DNA from: a virus
Taxonomy: Duplodnaviria > Caudoviricetes
DNA length: 61,901 nucleotides
Virus record (IMG/VR): IMGVR_UViG_3300022918_000013
Coordinates: 1 to 61,901 of that record
Direction: 5' to 3' (one strand)
Position 1 is the first letter of the stretch. Each line of letters opens with the position of its first letter. A program made the translations under genes and the position numbers. The notes under the pieces were generated by a model. It was not told the origin of the DNA and ran no database searches. It was given only the letters and a program-made list of their open reading frames with translations. Positions 9,586-18,908 of this stretch are shown here, piece after piece.

Positions 9586-9710
9586 TTCCGTGCCTCCTTC
9601 CACCCTTCAGAGTAAGGCTCAGGCTCCGGCGGCCCGCTGTGATTTGAGATAAACCACACCCAATAGAGAAGGAGTGCGGCTAGGATGAGGTAGGCGGTGG
9701 TGAGTTTCAT
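9582..9710 (-). CDS. 42-aa membrane peptide (not in ORF track)
   Basis: MKLTTAYLILAALLLYWVWFISNHSGPPEPEPYSEGWKEARK; 4-nt overlaps on both sides. Confidence 0.55.
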   Translation of the reverse strand: MKLTTAYLILAALLLYWVWFISNHSGPPEPEPYSEGWKEARK

Positions 9711-10315
9711 GGGATGTGCTTCCAGTGTGTGCGCGTTACAATCTTCTGTATGCACTGTCTAGTCACGCCAAATTTAAGAGCTATAGATAGATGTGTGTGT
9801 CCGTCCTTGGCTAGGGACCGAATCTCAGGGATCTGCGCTGTTTTTAATTTTGATCCAAAAGCGCTCTCGCCAACGATGCGTCGCTCTGGGTATTTTCTCA
9901 TCCAACAATCATCCCCACGGCAAGCGGCCTCTGGATGCTTGCGTAAGCCATGATTATCTCCAGTCGGAGAATTATTACGTCCTTTATTAACACGATCAAT
10001 CGCATTGTCTTTGTGGGTTCCTAAAAATAGGTGACTTGGATTAACGCAAGTTGGATTGTCACACTTATGGCAAACAAGAAGATCATTATTTATATTACCA
10101 ATAGATATGAAATATGATACTCGGTGGGCGTTTATGCGGAAGCTCCTGCCCTCTCTGTAAATTCCAAATCGGCCATATCCCTGCTTGTTCTTGCCAGCAG
10201 TCCATAGCCAACAATCTCCGGTTTTATCAACCTTTTCCCAAAATGACTTAACCTGCCTTGCGGTTAACTTGACATCTGAAATTGGGGCGTTTACTGCTCT
10301 TTTAGCCTCTTGCAT
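9707..10315 (-). CDS. HNH homing endonuclease
   Basis: CWLWTAG, AHRVSY, VCHKCDNPTCVNPSHLFLGT; C-terminal HTH. Confidence 0.92.
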   Translation of the reverse strand: MQEAKRAVNAPISDVKLTARQVKSFWEKVDKTGDCWLWTAGKNKQGYGRFGIYREGRSFRINAHRVSYFISIGNINNDLLVCHKCDNPTCVNPSHLFLGTHKDNAIDRVNKGRNNSPTGDNHGLRKHPEAACRGDDCWMRKYPERRIVGESAFGSKLKTAQIPEIRSLAKDGHTHLSIALKFGVTRQCIQKIVTRTHWKHIP

Positions 10316-10374
10316 GGTGATTCATGTTTGATGTTAGACGATTCCTACCGCTAGAACGGTGGGGATCGTTGCCT

Positions 10375-11442
10375 TTATTGTAGGCGTTGTTTTACGGCTC
10401 GCAAGACTCTTTCTGGCGAAAGGTCAACCATCCCAGAGCACTCGCCCTCGTATTCACATCGTTCCCCAGGTGGAAATTGCTGCCCTGCAATAGCGTGCCA
10501 ATGACAGTGCTGAATGCCGCATGACGCTTTTCCTGTAAGGGCTCTAACGGAGGTAAAGTGGCCTACACGCTCGTTCCATGGGAACGCAGCATACAGGGCT
10601 ACAGTTGGAATATCCAAGCAGCCTGCGATATGACAGAAGGCTGAATCTGGAGCAACCATGCAATCAAGCGATGAAACTACAGCGGCAGATTCGCGAAAGC
10701 TAAGAGGCGGATCACATGCAGTTAAGTTCACCACTCCATGCGGAACTACTCCCTGAGCTTCACCGGGAGCGCCGAAAAGAAATACTTCATATCCTTCTTG
10801 TAAGCAAAGGCCAGTAAAGTTAATGCAATAACGCTGAGGCCATGATCTTGCTGCGGATGTGCTCTTTAGTTGTAACCCAATTCTCTTCTTGTTCGTCTTC
10901 GGGAAGCGATATTCAGCGCCAACTTTCTCCTCGTCTGTGATGATGTAGTGAGGTTTCTTGTTGACCGGCTCAGCGCACATTCTTTCCGCGATGGCTGTCA
11001 CAGCGTCCAGTCCTGGCTTAATACACTCCTCAAGGGGAACGATCACATCGTAGGCGTCAATCTCGGAGGCTAGCAACGGGTATCCAACACGCTTCACAAA
11101 TTCAAGCCCTGGCGAATCAAGGATAGCAAGGTAATTGTCAAACGCACACAGGCTGATTTCAATTTCATGGTGCTTTTCATGAATCCAGAAAAGTGACGGA
11201 GTGAGAAAAAGCATATCACCAAACCCCCCATGAGGAATTATGAGCATCTTCCGCACCCGCCACTGAAGAGAGCCCCAATGCAAGGGGCAGTCAATGTGGT
11301 AGTACTCTGCACGCTCGGCCATGCCCGTCACGAAAAGCTCGCCAACGTTTGCATCACAGACTAGATAGCGCCCCTCAGTGATCCAAGGAATGCTGCCGCG
11401 CATCTTTTCGACGCCGTGAGGGGTGATGTTTACAAGGTGCAT
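10375..11442 (-). CDS. GT9 (heptosyltransferase-like) glycosyltransferase
   Basis: GGFGDMLF, RSWP and DSAFCHIAGCLDIPTVALY motifs. Confidence 0.85.
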   Translation of the reverse strand: MHLVNITPHGVEKMRGSIPWITEGRYLVCDANVGELFVTGMAERAEYYHIDCPLHWGSLQWRVRKMLIIPHGGFGDMLFLTPSLFWIHEKHHEIEISLCAFDNYLAILDSPGLEFVKRVGYPLLASEIDAYDVIVPLEECIKPGLDAVTAIAERMCAEPVNKKPHYIITDEEKVGAEYRFPKTNKKRIGLQLKSTSAARSWPQRYCINFTGLCLQEGYEVFLFGAPGEAQGVVPHGVVNLTACDPPLSFRESAAVVSSLDCMVAPDSAFCHIAGCLDIPTVALYAAFPWNERVGHFTSVRALTGKASCGIQHCHWHAIAGQQFPPGERCEYEGECSGMVDLSPERVLRAVKQRLQ

Positions 11443-11599
11443 GATTATTTGTCCTCCTTTTCTAAAGGAGATAAAGCCCCTAGAATCTTGCCTATTGCAT
11501 AACATTGAAACAGTACCGCCCATACAGTGGCTAGGCCATACTGTTTATATTCAACGGCACCTCCAATGAGGAGTGCATAAATTAAAAACATCATATAAC

Positions 11600-11812
11600 C
11601 TAAATCATTACCTCCGTCCTAGTTCCGTCCATCCGCTCAATCACCAGCTTGCCGCTTCCGACTGTGGAGCGAATGCGGTCTAGCAAATCGCGAGATTCAG
11701 CAGCCTTCTTGAAGAATTGAGGCCATGTCGCATCCTCAAACTTCGCTTTCTGCGCCTTTAGCCAAGTGTGATCCGTCTTGGACCATTCAGTATTGATTCG
11801 TGGTTTGTCCAT
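11600..11812 (-). CDS. Ribbon-helix-helix (CopG-like) protein
   Basis: RINTEW beta-strand, two helices, LVIERMDGTRTEVMI tail; TTGACA box upstream (11844..11849). Confidence 0.55.
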   Translation of the reverse strand: MDKPRINTEWSKTDHTWLKAQKAKFEDATWPQFFKKAAESRDLLDRIRSTVGSGKLVIERMDGTRTEVMI

Positions 11813-11850
11813 ACGCATCAAACCTGCGCACGAACAGAATCCTTGTCAAC

Positions 11851-14800
11851 TCACAATTGGCGCAATCCGCGATAAAGCATCGCCATGTTACGCACAGTCC
11901 ATGCGCTTTGCTCAGCATAAATCACCGTAAACTTCACTTTTACGGCGGTTGCGTTCATGCTTTGAAGGATCTTGTGACATTGTTGGAAGCCAAATTCCGT
12001 CAAATCTCCATATAGTTTCGTAACCACCATATCAGTATTCATGGCGATGAACTGCACTTTCACCAGTCCTCGCGAGCCTTGGACGGTTGCCCAGATAAGG
12101 CCAGCGAAGGCTTTGCGGTTTGCCGCTCGGCCTATATCAATGTACCCAGTCGTGAAAATGCACGTAGCGGCCTGATAGTAGCGTGAGGTTCCTGTGCCAT
12201 CATTGTAATCCACCATGCCGTAGCCATCGAACTGGACAGGAGGGAGCGTGTTAATGCTATACTTCGTCGCCATTGGCTGCGCCCCATAGTTGTCGCCGTG
12301 ATCTAGCTGATTGCGTGTATCCCAAAAGAAAAGATTGCCGTCTTCATCCGCAAAAACCATCTCAGGCCGTGATGGTTCAAGTAGCGTCAAATCGTACACT
12401 TTCGGATAGTCATACTCACCCAAGATGCCCTTGGCCTCGAAGTCATAGACGAACCCCAGACGATTCTTGGTCTTGGCAAATGTGCCCGCCGTGATGTTGG
12501 TGGTGATATTGACCACATTTCCGCCAGGAGTGGCCGATACAGTGAAAGTCGTGGCATTCGGAACAGTCTTGACGTAGTAAATCGTAGTGCCCGCCGTTAA
12601 ACCTGTGCCGCCGGTCAGCGTGGGGAATATCACCGCATCCAAAAGCCGCAGGCCGTGACGGTCGGCAGACGTGATGACCTCCGTAGAGGCAAGCCCTGTG
12701 ATAGCCACCGCCTCAGAGTTTGGAGAAGGCAGGAAGAACCAAAGCATTTGCCCATTCACATCAGGAAAGGCAAAAACACGGTCAGGATTATCAAGGGCGG
12801 CGTCAACGCTTGTCCGGTCGAGGACGTAGCTAGCGGCATCACGGGCGGCAAACTCCACCTGCTGCTTGCCGTAGCGGAGGCCGGAAATGGTGTAAATCTG
12901 GAAGTCAGCACCCAGGTAGTAAATCAAGCCTCCCGGCCACGGCACAAGGGCTGATTGGTTGATCGCGCCGCAAACAACCGGCGGGCTGTACCGCTTTGAC
13001 GGGTCTGTAGGATCAATCAGCGTCACTCCATCGGCAGTATGAACATGGATTTTAAAGCCGTCGCTGTAGAGAGCCGTCATACGTGGCGTGCCTGTCGTTC
13101 CGTTTGGAGACTCAACACGCTCGTACGCCTCTGCATTCGCTCCCTCTGGCGCGAGCTCATCATTAGTGGCGGGCTTGGAAACGTATAGCCGATCTTGAAA
13201 TCCCGTCACGCTCCCTCGCCAAGTCTGTTCATTAGCAATCGTCGTAACCTTGTGAGGTAGTGGCCTGTTTTGGTCCACACTCATGATTTGTCCAATTGGC
13301 GTTGTCGTGCCTAGCTGAACGACTTGACGAGTTAGGGTGTAGGTTGGAGAATTTCCACCTGCCGTTATATCAACAATTGATCCATCAACCGATTCGGAAA
13401 GTTGGAAGCTATATGGCGTTGGGTTACGAACGAAATATTCTGACGCGGTAAGCGGTGAAGGCAGCGCAGAGCCAGCCAAAAGAATACCATTACCTGGAGC
13501 TAATGAATGGGCCACTAATCGCCATACCGCCGTGCTTGTATTTGCCGTGATGTTCACTGGCGAGCCCCCTTCAGACAAAGATACTTTGAATGAGCTGCCG
13601 CTAGCCTGAACAACGTAATAAACAACGAATCCAGTCAATCCGCCGGATGGTGGCGGGGAGCTAGCAAATATGACTGGTGTATTATTTGGAGGTGCAGCAG
13701 ATCCATCAAAATTAGTGATGAAGTCTGTTGATGCGTTTGTTGTTACAATCCTAGTTTGGGAGAAGGTAAAAACGAAGTTTGAGGTAAGGTCAGGAACAAA
13801 CTGGCCTGAGCGTGAGGTGTTAATGATTGGATTATCTGCATCCATCAAGTTCCATTGAGCGGCCAATCCCTCTCCAAATTGGAGATAAACGCGAATCTGG
13901 TTAAACCGGCCATCGCCAGCGCCAGGAGAAACAGGAACACTGACTCGAATATCTGAATTAGTGTTCGCATCAATGATGATGGTGTTTGAAATCTCGCTAG
14001 AGATGCCCTCATAACCAAGAAACTCATTGCCACTGTCGAAGTAGCGTAAATAAACCGTGGCTGTTTTATTGGTGAATCCAGCGCTTTGACCTGTTCCGCT
14101 CCCTTGCGCTAAAAACTCTGGCCCGTAGTTTGCCGTGTCACTAGTCGAGTCAGCGCCAGATTTGGATGCGCTGAGAATCGACAAAACTTTAGCATCTAGG
14201 TTAACGAACGTAACAATTGCATCCGTTGAATTACCAGATGTAGTCGTGAAAATCGTGTAAATATATGGGTCTGCTACAGATCCGCTCCCAGTCAAGGTGG
14301 ATGAAATCGCACCTCCGTAAGACGAGAACACAATATTAACTTTGATTTTATTGTTCCCCGAAACGCCAGGGAAGTTCCCTTCATTAGCTGTAAATGTTAA
14401 GCTTGCGCTTCCGGCTCTGGTCGCCCCAAAGACGGCTACCGTATGCGTTCCAGTGCCAACTGTGGTTATATTAACCAACCCGCTTCCTGGGCTAGTCGTT
14501 AGTTTAAATGTGGTGCCAACTGCGGCAGCTACATAGTAAGTTGTTCCTGTTGCTAGAGGTGCAGGCAGCGTGCCTGTAGTTGTTAAACGAACAGCCGTGC
14601 CATTAACAAAATTGTGAGGGGCCGGAGTGGTGAATGTATCCGAACTGACATCAGCCGTGAAGGTAAATGAATTTGAACCGGGGATTGTCCAAAAAGATTG
14701 GACTAGGGTACTATTGCCGGGGGCAGTTAAAGAAATGATTGGCTCAACAGGCCTGTCGTTGCTGGCAGCAATGCGCCATTTCCCTGGTGTTTTTGTTCGG

Positions 14801-15303
14801 TTTAGTTGAACAACCACACCGTTATCAACCCCATTATTTAGGAAAATCTGAGTGTATGCCCGTTTGCCATACCAACGAGCGCTTCGGTCCAGGCCAACGG
14901 CTAAAACTTCATACGATGGAGGGCCGGTATCAAAGTCTACTGGACCGGTGTACGAGTTATCACGGCCAAGGTAAAAGAAGCCCCGCGCCTTACGGTCAGG
15001 CATCGAGTAAAGGAGCAGGAAATTCACCCCATAACGGTAAATGCGAACGGCTACCGTCAGATCCGAATCAGACAACGTGCCGCTGCCGCTAGGGTGCGTG
15101 AGTGCATCAAGTGTGCTGTAGATGTTCTGGACGCTCCCAATCGCCCATAAGCGGAAGTAGCGCGGCGGTCCAGAGATGCCGCCAAAGGGACGCAACTTGC
15201 AGTTTTTGGCCTCAGTCAGCTTACCGCCAATGTCTGTTGTCTCCTGTAGGCTCGCAAGAGTCCCAAAGTCACGGATAGGAAATTCGGATAGCTGAGAGCC
15301 CAT
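11851..15303 (-). CDS. Tail nozzle/stabilisation protein (P22 gp10 / T7 gp12-like) with repeated inserted domains
   Basis: 1150 aa after the adaptor gene; propeller-like C-terminus; four H-x-L..LP..YYV..F repeats. Confidence 0.65.
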   Translation of the reverse strand: MGSQLSEFPIRDFGTLASLQETTDIGGKLTEAKNCKLRPFGGISGPPRYFRLWAIGSVQNIYSTLDALTHPSGSGTLSDSDLTVAVRIYRYGVNFLLLYSMPDRKARGFFYLGRDNSYTGPVDFDTGPPSYEVLAVGLDRSARWYGKRAYTQIFLNNGVDNGVVVQLNRTKTPGKWRIAASNDRPVEPIISLTAPGNSTLVQSFWTIPGSNSFTFTADVSSDTFTTPAPHNFVNGTAVRLTTTGTLPAPLATGTTYYVAAAVGTTFKLTTSPGSGLVNITTVGTGTHTVAVFGATRAGSASLTFTANEGNFPGVSGNNKIKVNIVFSSYGGAISSTLTGSGSVADPYIYTIFTTTSGNSTDAIVTFVNLDAKVLSILSASKSGADSTSDTANYGPEFLAQGSGTGQSAGFTNKTATVYLRYFDSGNEFLGYEGISSEISNTIIIDANTNSDIRVSVPVSPGAGDGRFNQIRVYLQFGEGLAAQWNLMDADNPIINTSRSGQFVPDLTSNFVFTFSQTRIVTTNASTDFITNFDGSAAPPNNTPVIFASSPPPSGGLTGFVVYYVVQASGSSFKVSLSEGGSPVNITANTSTAVWRLVAHSLAPGNGILLAGSALPSPLTASEYFVRNPTPYSFQLSESVDGSIVDITAGGNSPTYTLTRQVVQLGTTTPIGQIMSVDQNRPLPHKVTTIANEQTWRGSVTGFQDRLYVSKPATNDELAPEGANAEAYERVESPNGTTGTPRMTALYSDGFKIHVHTADGVTLIDPTDPSKRYSPPVVCGAINQSALVPWPGGLIYYLGADFQIYTISGLRYGKQQVEFAARDAASYVLDRTSVDAALDNPDRVFAFPDVNGQMLWFFLPSPNSEAVAITGLASTEVITSADRHGLRLLDAVIFPTLTGGTGLTAGTTIYYVKTVPNATTFTVSATPGGNVVNITTNITAGTFAKTKNRLGFVYDFEAKGILGEYDYPKVYDLTLLEPSRPEMVFADEDGNLFFWDTRNQLDHGDNYGAQPMATKYSINTLPPVQFDGYGMVDYNDGTGTSRYYQAATCIFTTGYIDIGRAANRKAFAGLIWATVQGSRGLVKVQFIAMNTDMVVTKLYGDLTEFGFQQCHKILQSMNATAVKVKFTVIYAEQSAWTVRNMAMLYRGLRQL

Positions 15304-15305
15304 AG

Positions 15306-15485
15306 TTACTGATTCTTTTTATCGCGTGCCTTCAAATCCTCAAGCTCTTGCAGTCGCTTCGTGAGGGAGGGTTTAATTTGCTTTGGATCAATACCGCCAA
15401 AAGGAATCTGGCCGATATTGCCAGCGCCCTTAACGATGTTGGCTCGCTGGTGACGTGCTGGAACGGATTTGAAAGGGTCGCTCAT
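15306..15485 (-). CDS. 59-aa hypothetical protein (not in ORF track)
   Basis: MSDPFKSVPARHQ...DKKNQ fills the adaptor-nozzle gap exactly. Confidence 0.6.
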   Translation of the reverse strand: MSDPFKSVPARHQRANIVKGAGNIGQIPFGGIDPKQIKPSLTKRLQELEDLKARDKKNQ

Positions 15486-15488
15486 AAA

Positions 15489-16418
15489 TCAGTTCTGCAT
15501 TTCCGTTGCCATCGACTGATAGCCAGATGGATTGATCGTTGAAAGCATCGTGCGAGCGCCTTCGTATTCGGTCTTCGTGTCATCCTTTGAGAAGGCCGCT
15601 TGAGGCCAAGAAGAGAAACGCCACCGCACCATAGGAAGCAGAATCGTGCCCTCGTAGCCATAGGGAACCAAACACTCCCGAGTATCGCTAAAGGAAGCAA
15701 CAACTGGCGCTAAAAGCTGCGCCTGATAACTTAAGGTGTACTGCTTGTCTGGCAGCGTATCAAAGCTGATAGCAGGGTAAGTCTGCGCATTAAAAGCCGT
15801 TGAGCGCTCCACAAGGAAAAGTTTTGGCTGCGAGATCATCTTGTCGGCACGAATCCAGTTAGCCAGATTGTCCCCCGTATTACCATACGAGCTAGAGCCA
15901 TAGTCGCCGCTAGGACCGTTCCAGTTGTAGCCGCGCTGTAAATCCCGCTTGGAGGGCATGGGAATCAAGGGCCAGTTATCAACAAAGACTGGCTGTGCTA
16001 CCTGCGCCGTATCCGTTGGCAAAGTCACCTTGTCATGGTAAACCATCGCGCCTTTAACGCCGCTCGACCCAAGATAATCAAATCGAAGGCTTGGGCTTGC
16101 TCCCAAGGAAAGCAGGTTGTTCTGATTGTCATCCCCATCAATGATGATGGTACAGCCGAGCATCCAAGAGGCGTAACCAGCAAAGGTGATTGCCTTGGAG
16201 TTTTGCGTAACAGTCAGCGTGACGACTGTAGGCGCTCTCACGCGCTCGCCTCGGTCGTCGGTCATCCACCACTCAGTAGGAGCCAGACCATAAATCTCCT
16301 CAAGGGCGGCGTTAAGATCCGAAAGCGCCCGCGTTTGGAACTGCGGAGGGGCATGATTGACACTCTCCACATCAAGGAGTCCCATTAGGTCGGCTAGAAC
16401 ACGGGCGGCGGCGGGCAT
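15489..16418 (-). CDS. Head-tail adaptor
   Basis: LNAALEEIY and PDKQYTLSYQA motifs; lies between capsid and nozzle. Confidence 0.65.
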   Translation of the reverse strand: MPAAARVLADLMGLLDVESVNHAPPQFQTRALSDLNAALEEIYGLAPTEWWMTDDRGERVRAPTVVTLTVTQNSKAITFAGYASWMLGCTIIIDGDDNQNNLLSLGASPSLRFDYLGSSGVKGAMVYHDKVTLPTDTAQVAQPVFVDNWPLIPMPSKRDLQRGYNWNGPSGDYGSSSYGNTGDNLANWIRADKMISQPKLFLVERSTAFNAQTYPAISFDTLPDKQYTLSYQAQLLAPVVASFSDTRECLVPYGYEGTILLPMVRWRFSSWPQAAFSKDDTKTEYEGARTMLSTINPSGYQSMATEMQN

Positions 16419-16421
16419 AAT

Positions 16422-17156
16422 TTATTCAGCCTCCTTAAGCTTAACCCATCCAGCCTCACGCTTTTCAACCAAAGACTCAGGCGCTTCAATGAGCGCGGCA
16501 GTTTCTTCCTCGGTTTTGCCAATCTCAGCGGCGATTGCTTTCGTGCGGAGAGGTTTTTCGAGGACGAGGTTAGCGATTTGTTCGTGGATGGTTGGGTTGG
16601 TTACTTTAGGGGCTGGCTCAGCGTTCTTTCCCAGACTTTCTTTGACTGAATCAATCACTTCGGCAGTAAATGTGTCAGGCTGTATGAGTGGTGACTCAGC
16701 TTTTGGAGTTTTTGGCGTGTGTGGCCATTCTTCTGCGGCTTTCTTGGCTTCTGCTAAGCCTTCCTCAAAAGAGGATGGAAGCTCTTTTTCTTCCGGCTCG
16801 GAGCTGATAGACGCTAGAGGATCTTGGAACTTTTCACTGAGCGATTTATCAATCAGCTTCTGAAAGTGCTCCTTTTGGTGCTCAAAAGCCTTGTCCAAGT
16901 CGTCAAAGCGCTCGCCATCGCCCGTCTCAAACACGACGTAAGGAATTGGTTTGATGAAACGGTTTCGCCCTTCGAATACCGCTACTTTATGGTGATTGAA
17001 ATCGGCAAGGCTAGCAAACTCGAATGCCGCTGAACCTGAAACTCGCCCAGGTCGTCCAGTCGTAGCCAGCCCAATCATGACGTTATTAGTTCCCTCGATA
17101 GGAACCGTGCAATCGGAACAGTTCAGAAACTCGACACCGTAAATAGCTTTGATCAT
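16422..17156 (-). CDS. Hypothetical protein with C-terminal HTH-like segment
   Basis: Acidic/Pro linker then LRTKAIAAEIGK. Confidence 0.55.
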   Translation of the reverse strand: MIKAIYGVEFLNCSDCTVPIEGTNNVMIGLATTGRPGRVSGSAAFEFASLADFNHHKVAVFEGRNRFIKPIPYVVFETGDGERFDDLDKAFEHQKEHFQKLIDKSLSEKFQDPLASISSEPEEKELPSSFEEGLAEAKKAAEEWPHTPKTPKAESPLIQPDTFTAEVIDSVKESLGKNAEPAPKVTNPTIHEQIANLVLEKPLRTKAIAAEIGKTEEETAALIEAPESLVEKREAGWVKLKEAE

Positions 17157-17194
17157 GAGGCGTATGATGGAGGTTATTGTTAGTCCATGCAATC

Positions 17195-17227
17195 AAAAAG
17201 CGGGCGGCAGATTTCTCCACCGCCCGC
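17195..17227 (-). terminator. Intrinsic terminator after major capsid gene
   Basis: GCGGGCGG/CCGCCCGC stem followed by T5 on the - strand. Confidence 0.8.
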
Positions 17228-17251
17228 AGAATCCTAACAAGCCACCGTTGT

Positions 17252-18745
17252 TTAGACGATAGTAGGCAGGCCGGGAGGGTTGTAGGCGCTGTAGGCGATG
17301 GCGTAGTTGCAGTACACCCCGTCCACGTTTGGAACGGCGCGGCAACCATACACGGTGGCGATACCAACACCGCCGACATGGCCGTAGTCGTCCACCTGAG
17401 TAATACGACGACCCATGCACAGGCTTGGGCTACCGTCGTTAGTGGCGTACTGACCGTAACCACCAACGATAGCTTGGTCGCCCAAGGCATACGTGCGGAC
17501 ATATGGCTGGCCGTAGCTGTTACATGGGTACACCTCGGAGCCGATGGCGGCGGAATCGGTGACATAAGTGGTTGTCCACACGCCAGAGTTCCAAGTCACG
17601 TTCCCAAGGGTAGTCACCTGCGCGCCTTGAGCGGCAGAGCCAAGACGGTTGATAACCGTGATGGTGTTGCCAGAGTTCACCTGATACGAGATCATCATGA
17701 ACTTGCCAGTGTCCTTGTCCTTGATGAGGGCATAGTAGGTCGTGCCAGTCGTGGCAGCGATTTTGACACCTTCATAACCCATCCACTCAGCCGCGGGGAA
17801 GTTGGCAAAGTAGAGAACGTCCGTTTTCGCAGCGTTTGCAGCCGTGCGGCCACCGTAGAGGGTGAATGCAGCGGTACCAGCAGCGATGGCAGCGCCAGTG
17901 TAGGCGCGAGGAGCAGCGAACGAACCGGCAGGGATTGCGCCAGGTTGGTCGCTAATCTGCCAAATGTTGATAGCCTGACCAGCCCAACGAGGAAGGTTGC
18001 CCTTGAACAGAGAGTTCTTGTCGCCACGCTCCTGAGCGTCAGCCAAAAGCTGCTGCCAAGTCGAAGATCCGCGCAGAGCCTCAACCGCGTACTGATTCGT
18101 TTGGAAGAAGTACGAGAGTTCGCGCTGTGAATCCGGGCCGTCGATTTCCTTGAGGGGCAAGCCACCAAGGGTATTCAGTTTGCCAGATGTGCGGGTGATT
18201 GTCGCAGTGCCGAAGGTATCCGCAGAGCGGAGAGCTTCGATGCTGCTTTTCTGGTTCGCGTAAACCGTGTTGTCACTGGTAGCGCGGGCGATCATCTCAG
18301 CTTCGTAATCTTGGTAAGTCATCCAGTCGGACCACTCGCCAAGGTTGAGCTGCGTACGAGCATCCCAAGTGCCGCCCATAACGGACTGCGACTTGGCAAT
18401 ACCAGTAACAGCGATGGCGGTACGCTTCATGCCGATACTCAGCGTGAACATGCCTTCTGTTTCTTTCTGTTCCTGGCCGCGCAGAGTGGTGTCCTGACGA
18501 ACGCCTGCACCGCCAATACCGGAAGTGATCGGGATATTCACGACCTGACCGAACATCTTGCGAGTGTCCATGTTTTCCTGAATCGGCATCCCACCGTTAA
18601 CGCCACCGCGAATAATCCCCCATGGAGATTTCCGGCGACCGTGACGAATTGCCTTCATCACCCATTTTTGTTCCTGAACATTGGCACCCGCGCCAGTGAT
18701 CATGTTTTGGAGGGTCATCGCCTCCATCGTTGCTTGATTAGCCAT
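17252..18745 (-). CDS. Major capsid protein, N4-gp56/DUF4043-like
   Basis: GVRQDTTLRGQEQ, LGEW, DDYGHVGGVGI motifs; strong codon bias; follows scaffold. Confidence 0.85.
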   Translation of the reverse strand: MANQATMEAMTLQNMITGAGANVQEQKWVMKAIRHGRRKSPWGIIRGGVNGGMPIQENMDTRKMFGQVVNIPITSGIGGAGVRQDTTLRGQEQKETEGMFTLSIGMKRTAIAVTGIAKSQSVMGGTWDARTQLNLGEWSDWMTYQDYEAEMIARATSDNTVYANQKSSIEALRSADTFGTATITRTSGKLNTLGGLPLKEIDGPDSQRELSYFFQTNQYAVEALRGSSTWQQLLADAQERGDKNSLFKGNLPRWAGQAINIWQISDQPGAIPAGSFAAPRAYTGAAIAAGTAAFTLYGGRTAANAAKTDVLYFANFPAAEWMGYEGVKIAATTGTTYYALIKDKDTGKFMMISYQVNSGNTITVINRLGSAAQGAQVTTLGNVTWNSGVWTTTYVTDSAAIGSEVYPCNSYGQPYVRTYALGDQAIVGGYGQYATNDGSPSLCMGRRITQVDDYGHVGGVGIATVYGCRAVPNVDGVYCNYAIAYSAYNPPGLPTIV

Positions 18746-18908
18746 AGTCTGTTTTTGTTGTCTCTGACGTGGGCATGTATTGCCCTTGTTTGGTTGAAAC
18801 CAGAGAACTACGGCACGGCAAAACCGAGCGGCAATCCGCTGGCGTGAGGTGTGCTATCTTTTTGGCAGGGCGTGTCGTGACGCCCTATTTTGTTCCGCTT
18901 CGGACGGT

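Noticed and set aside
17177-18130. 317-aa + strand ORF
   Set aside because: Antisense shadow of the codon-biased capsid gene.
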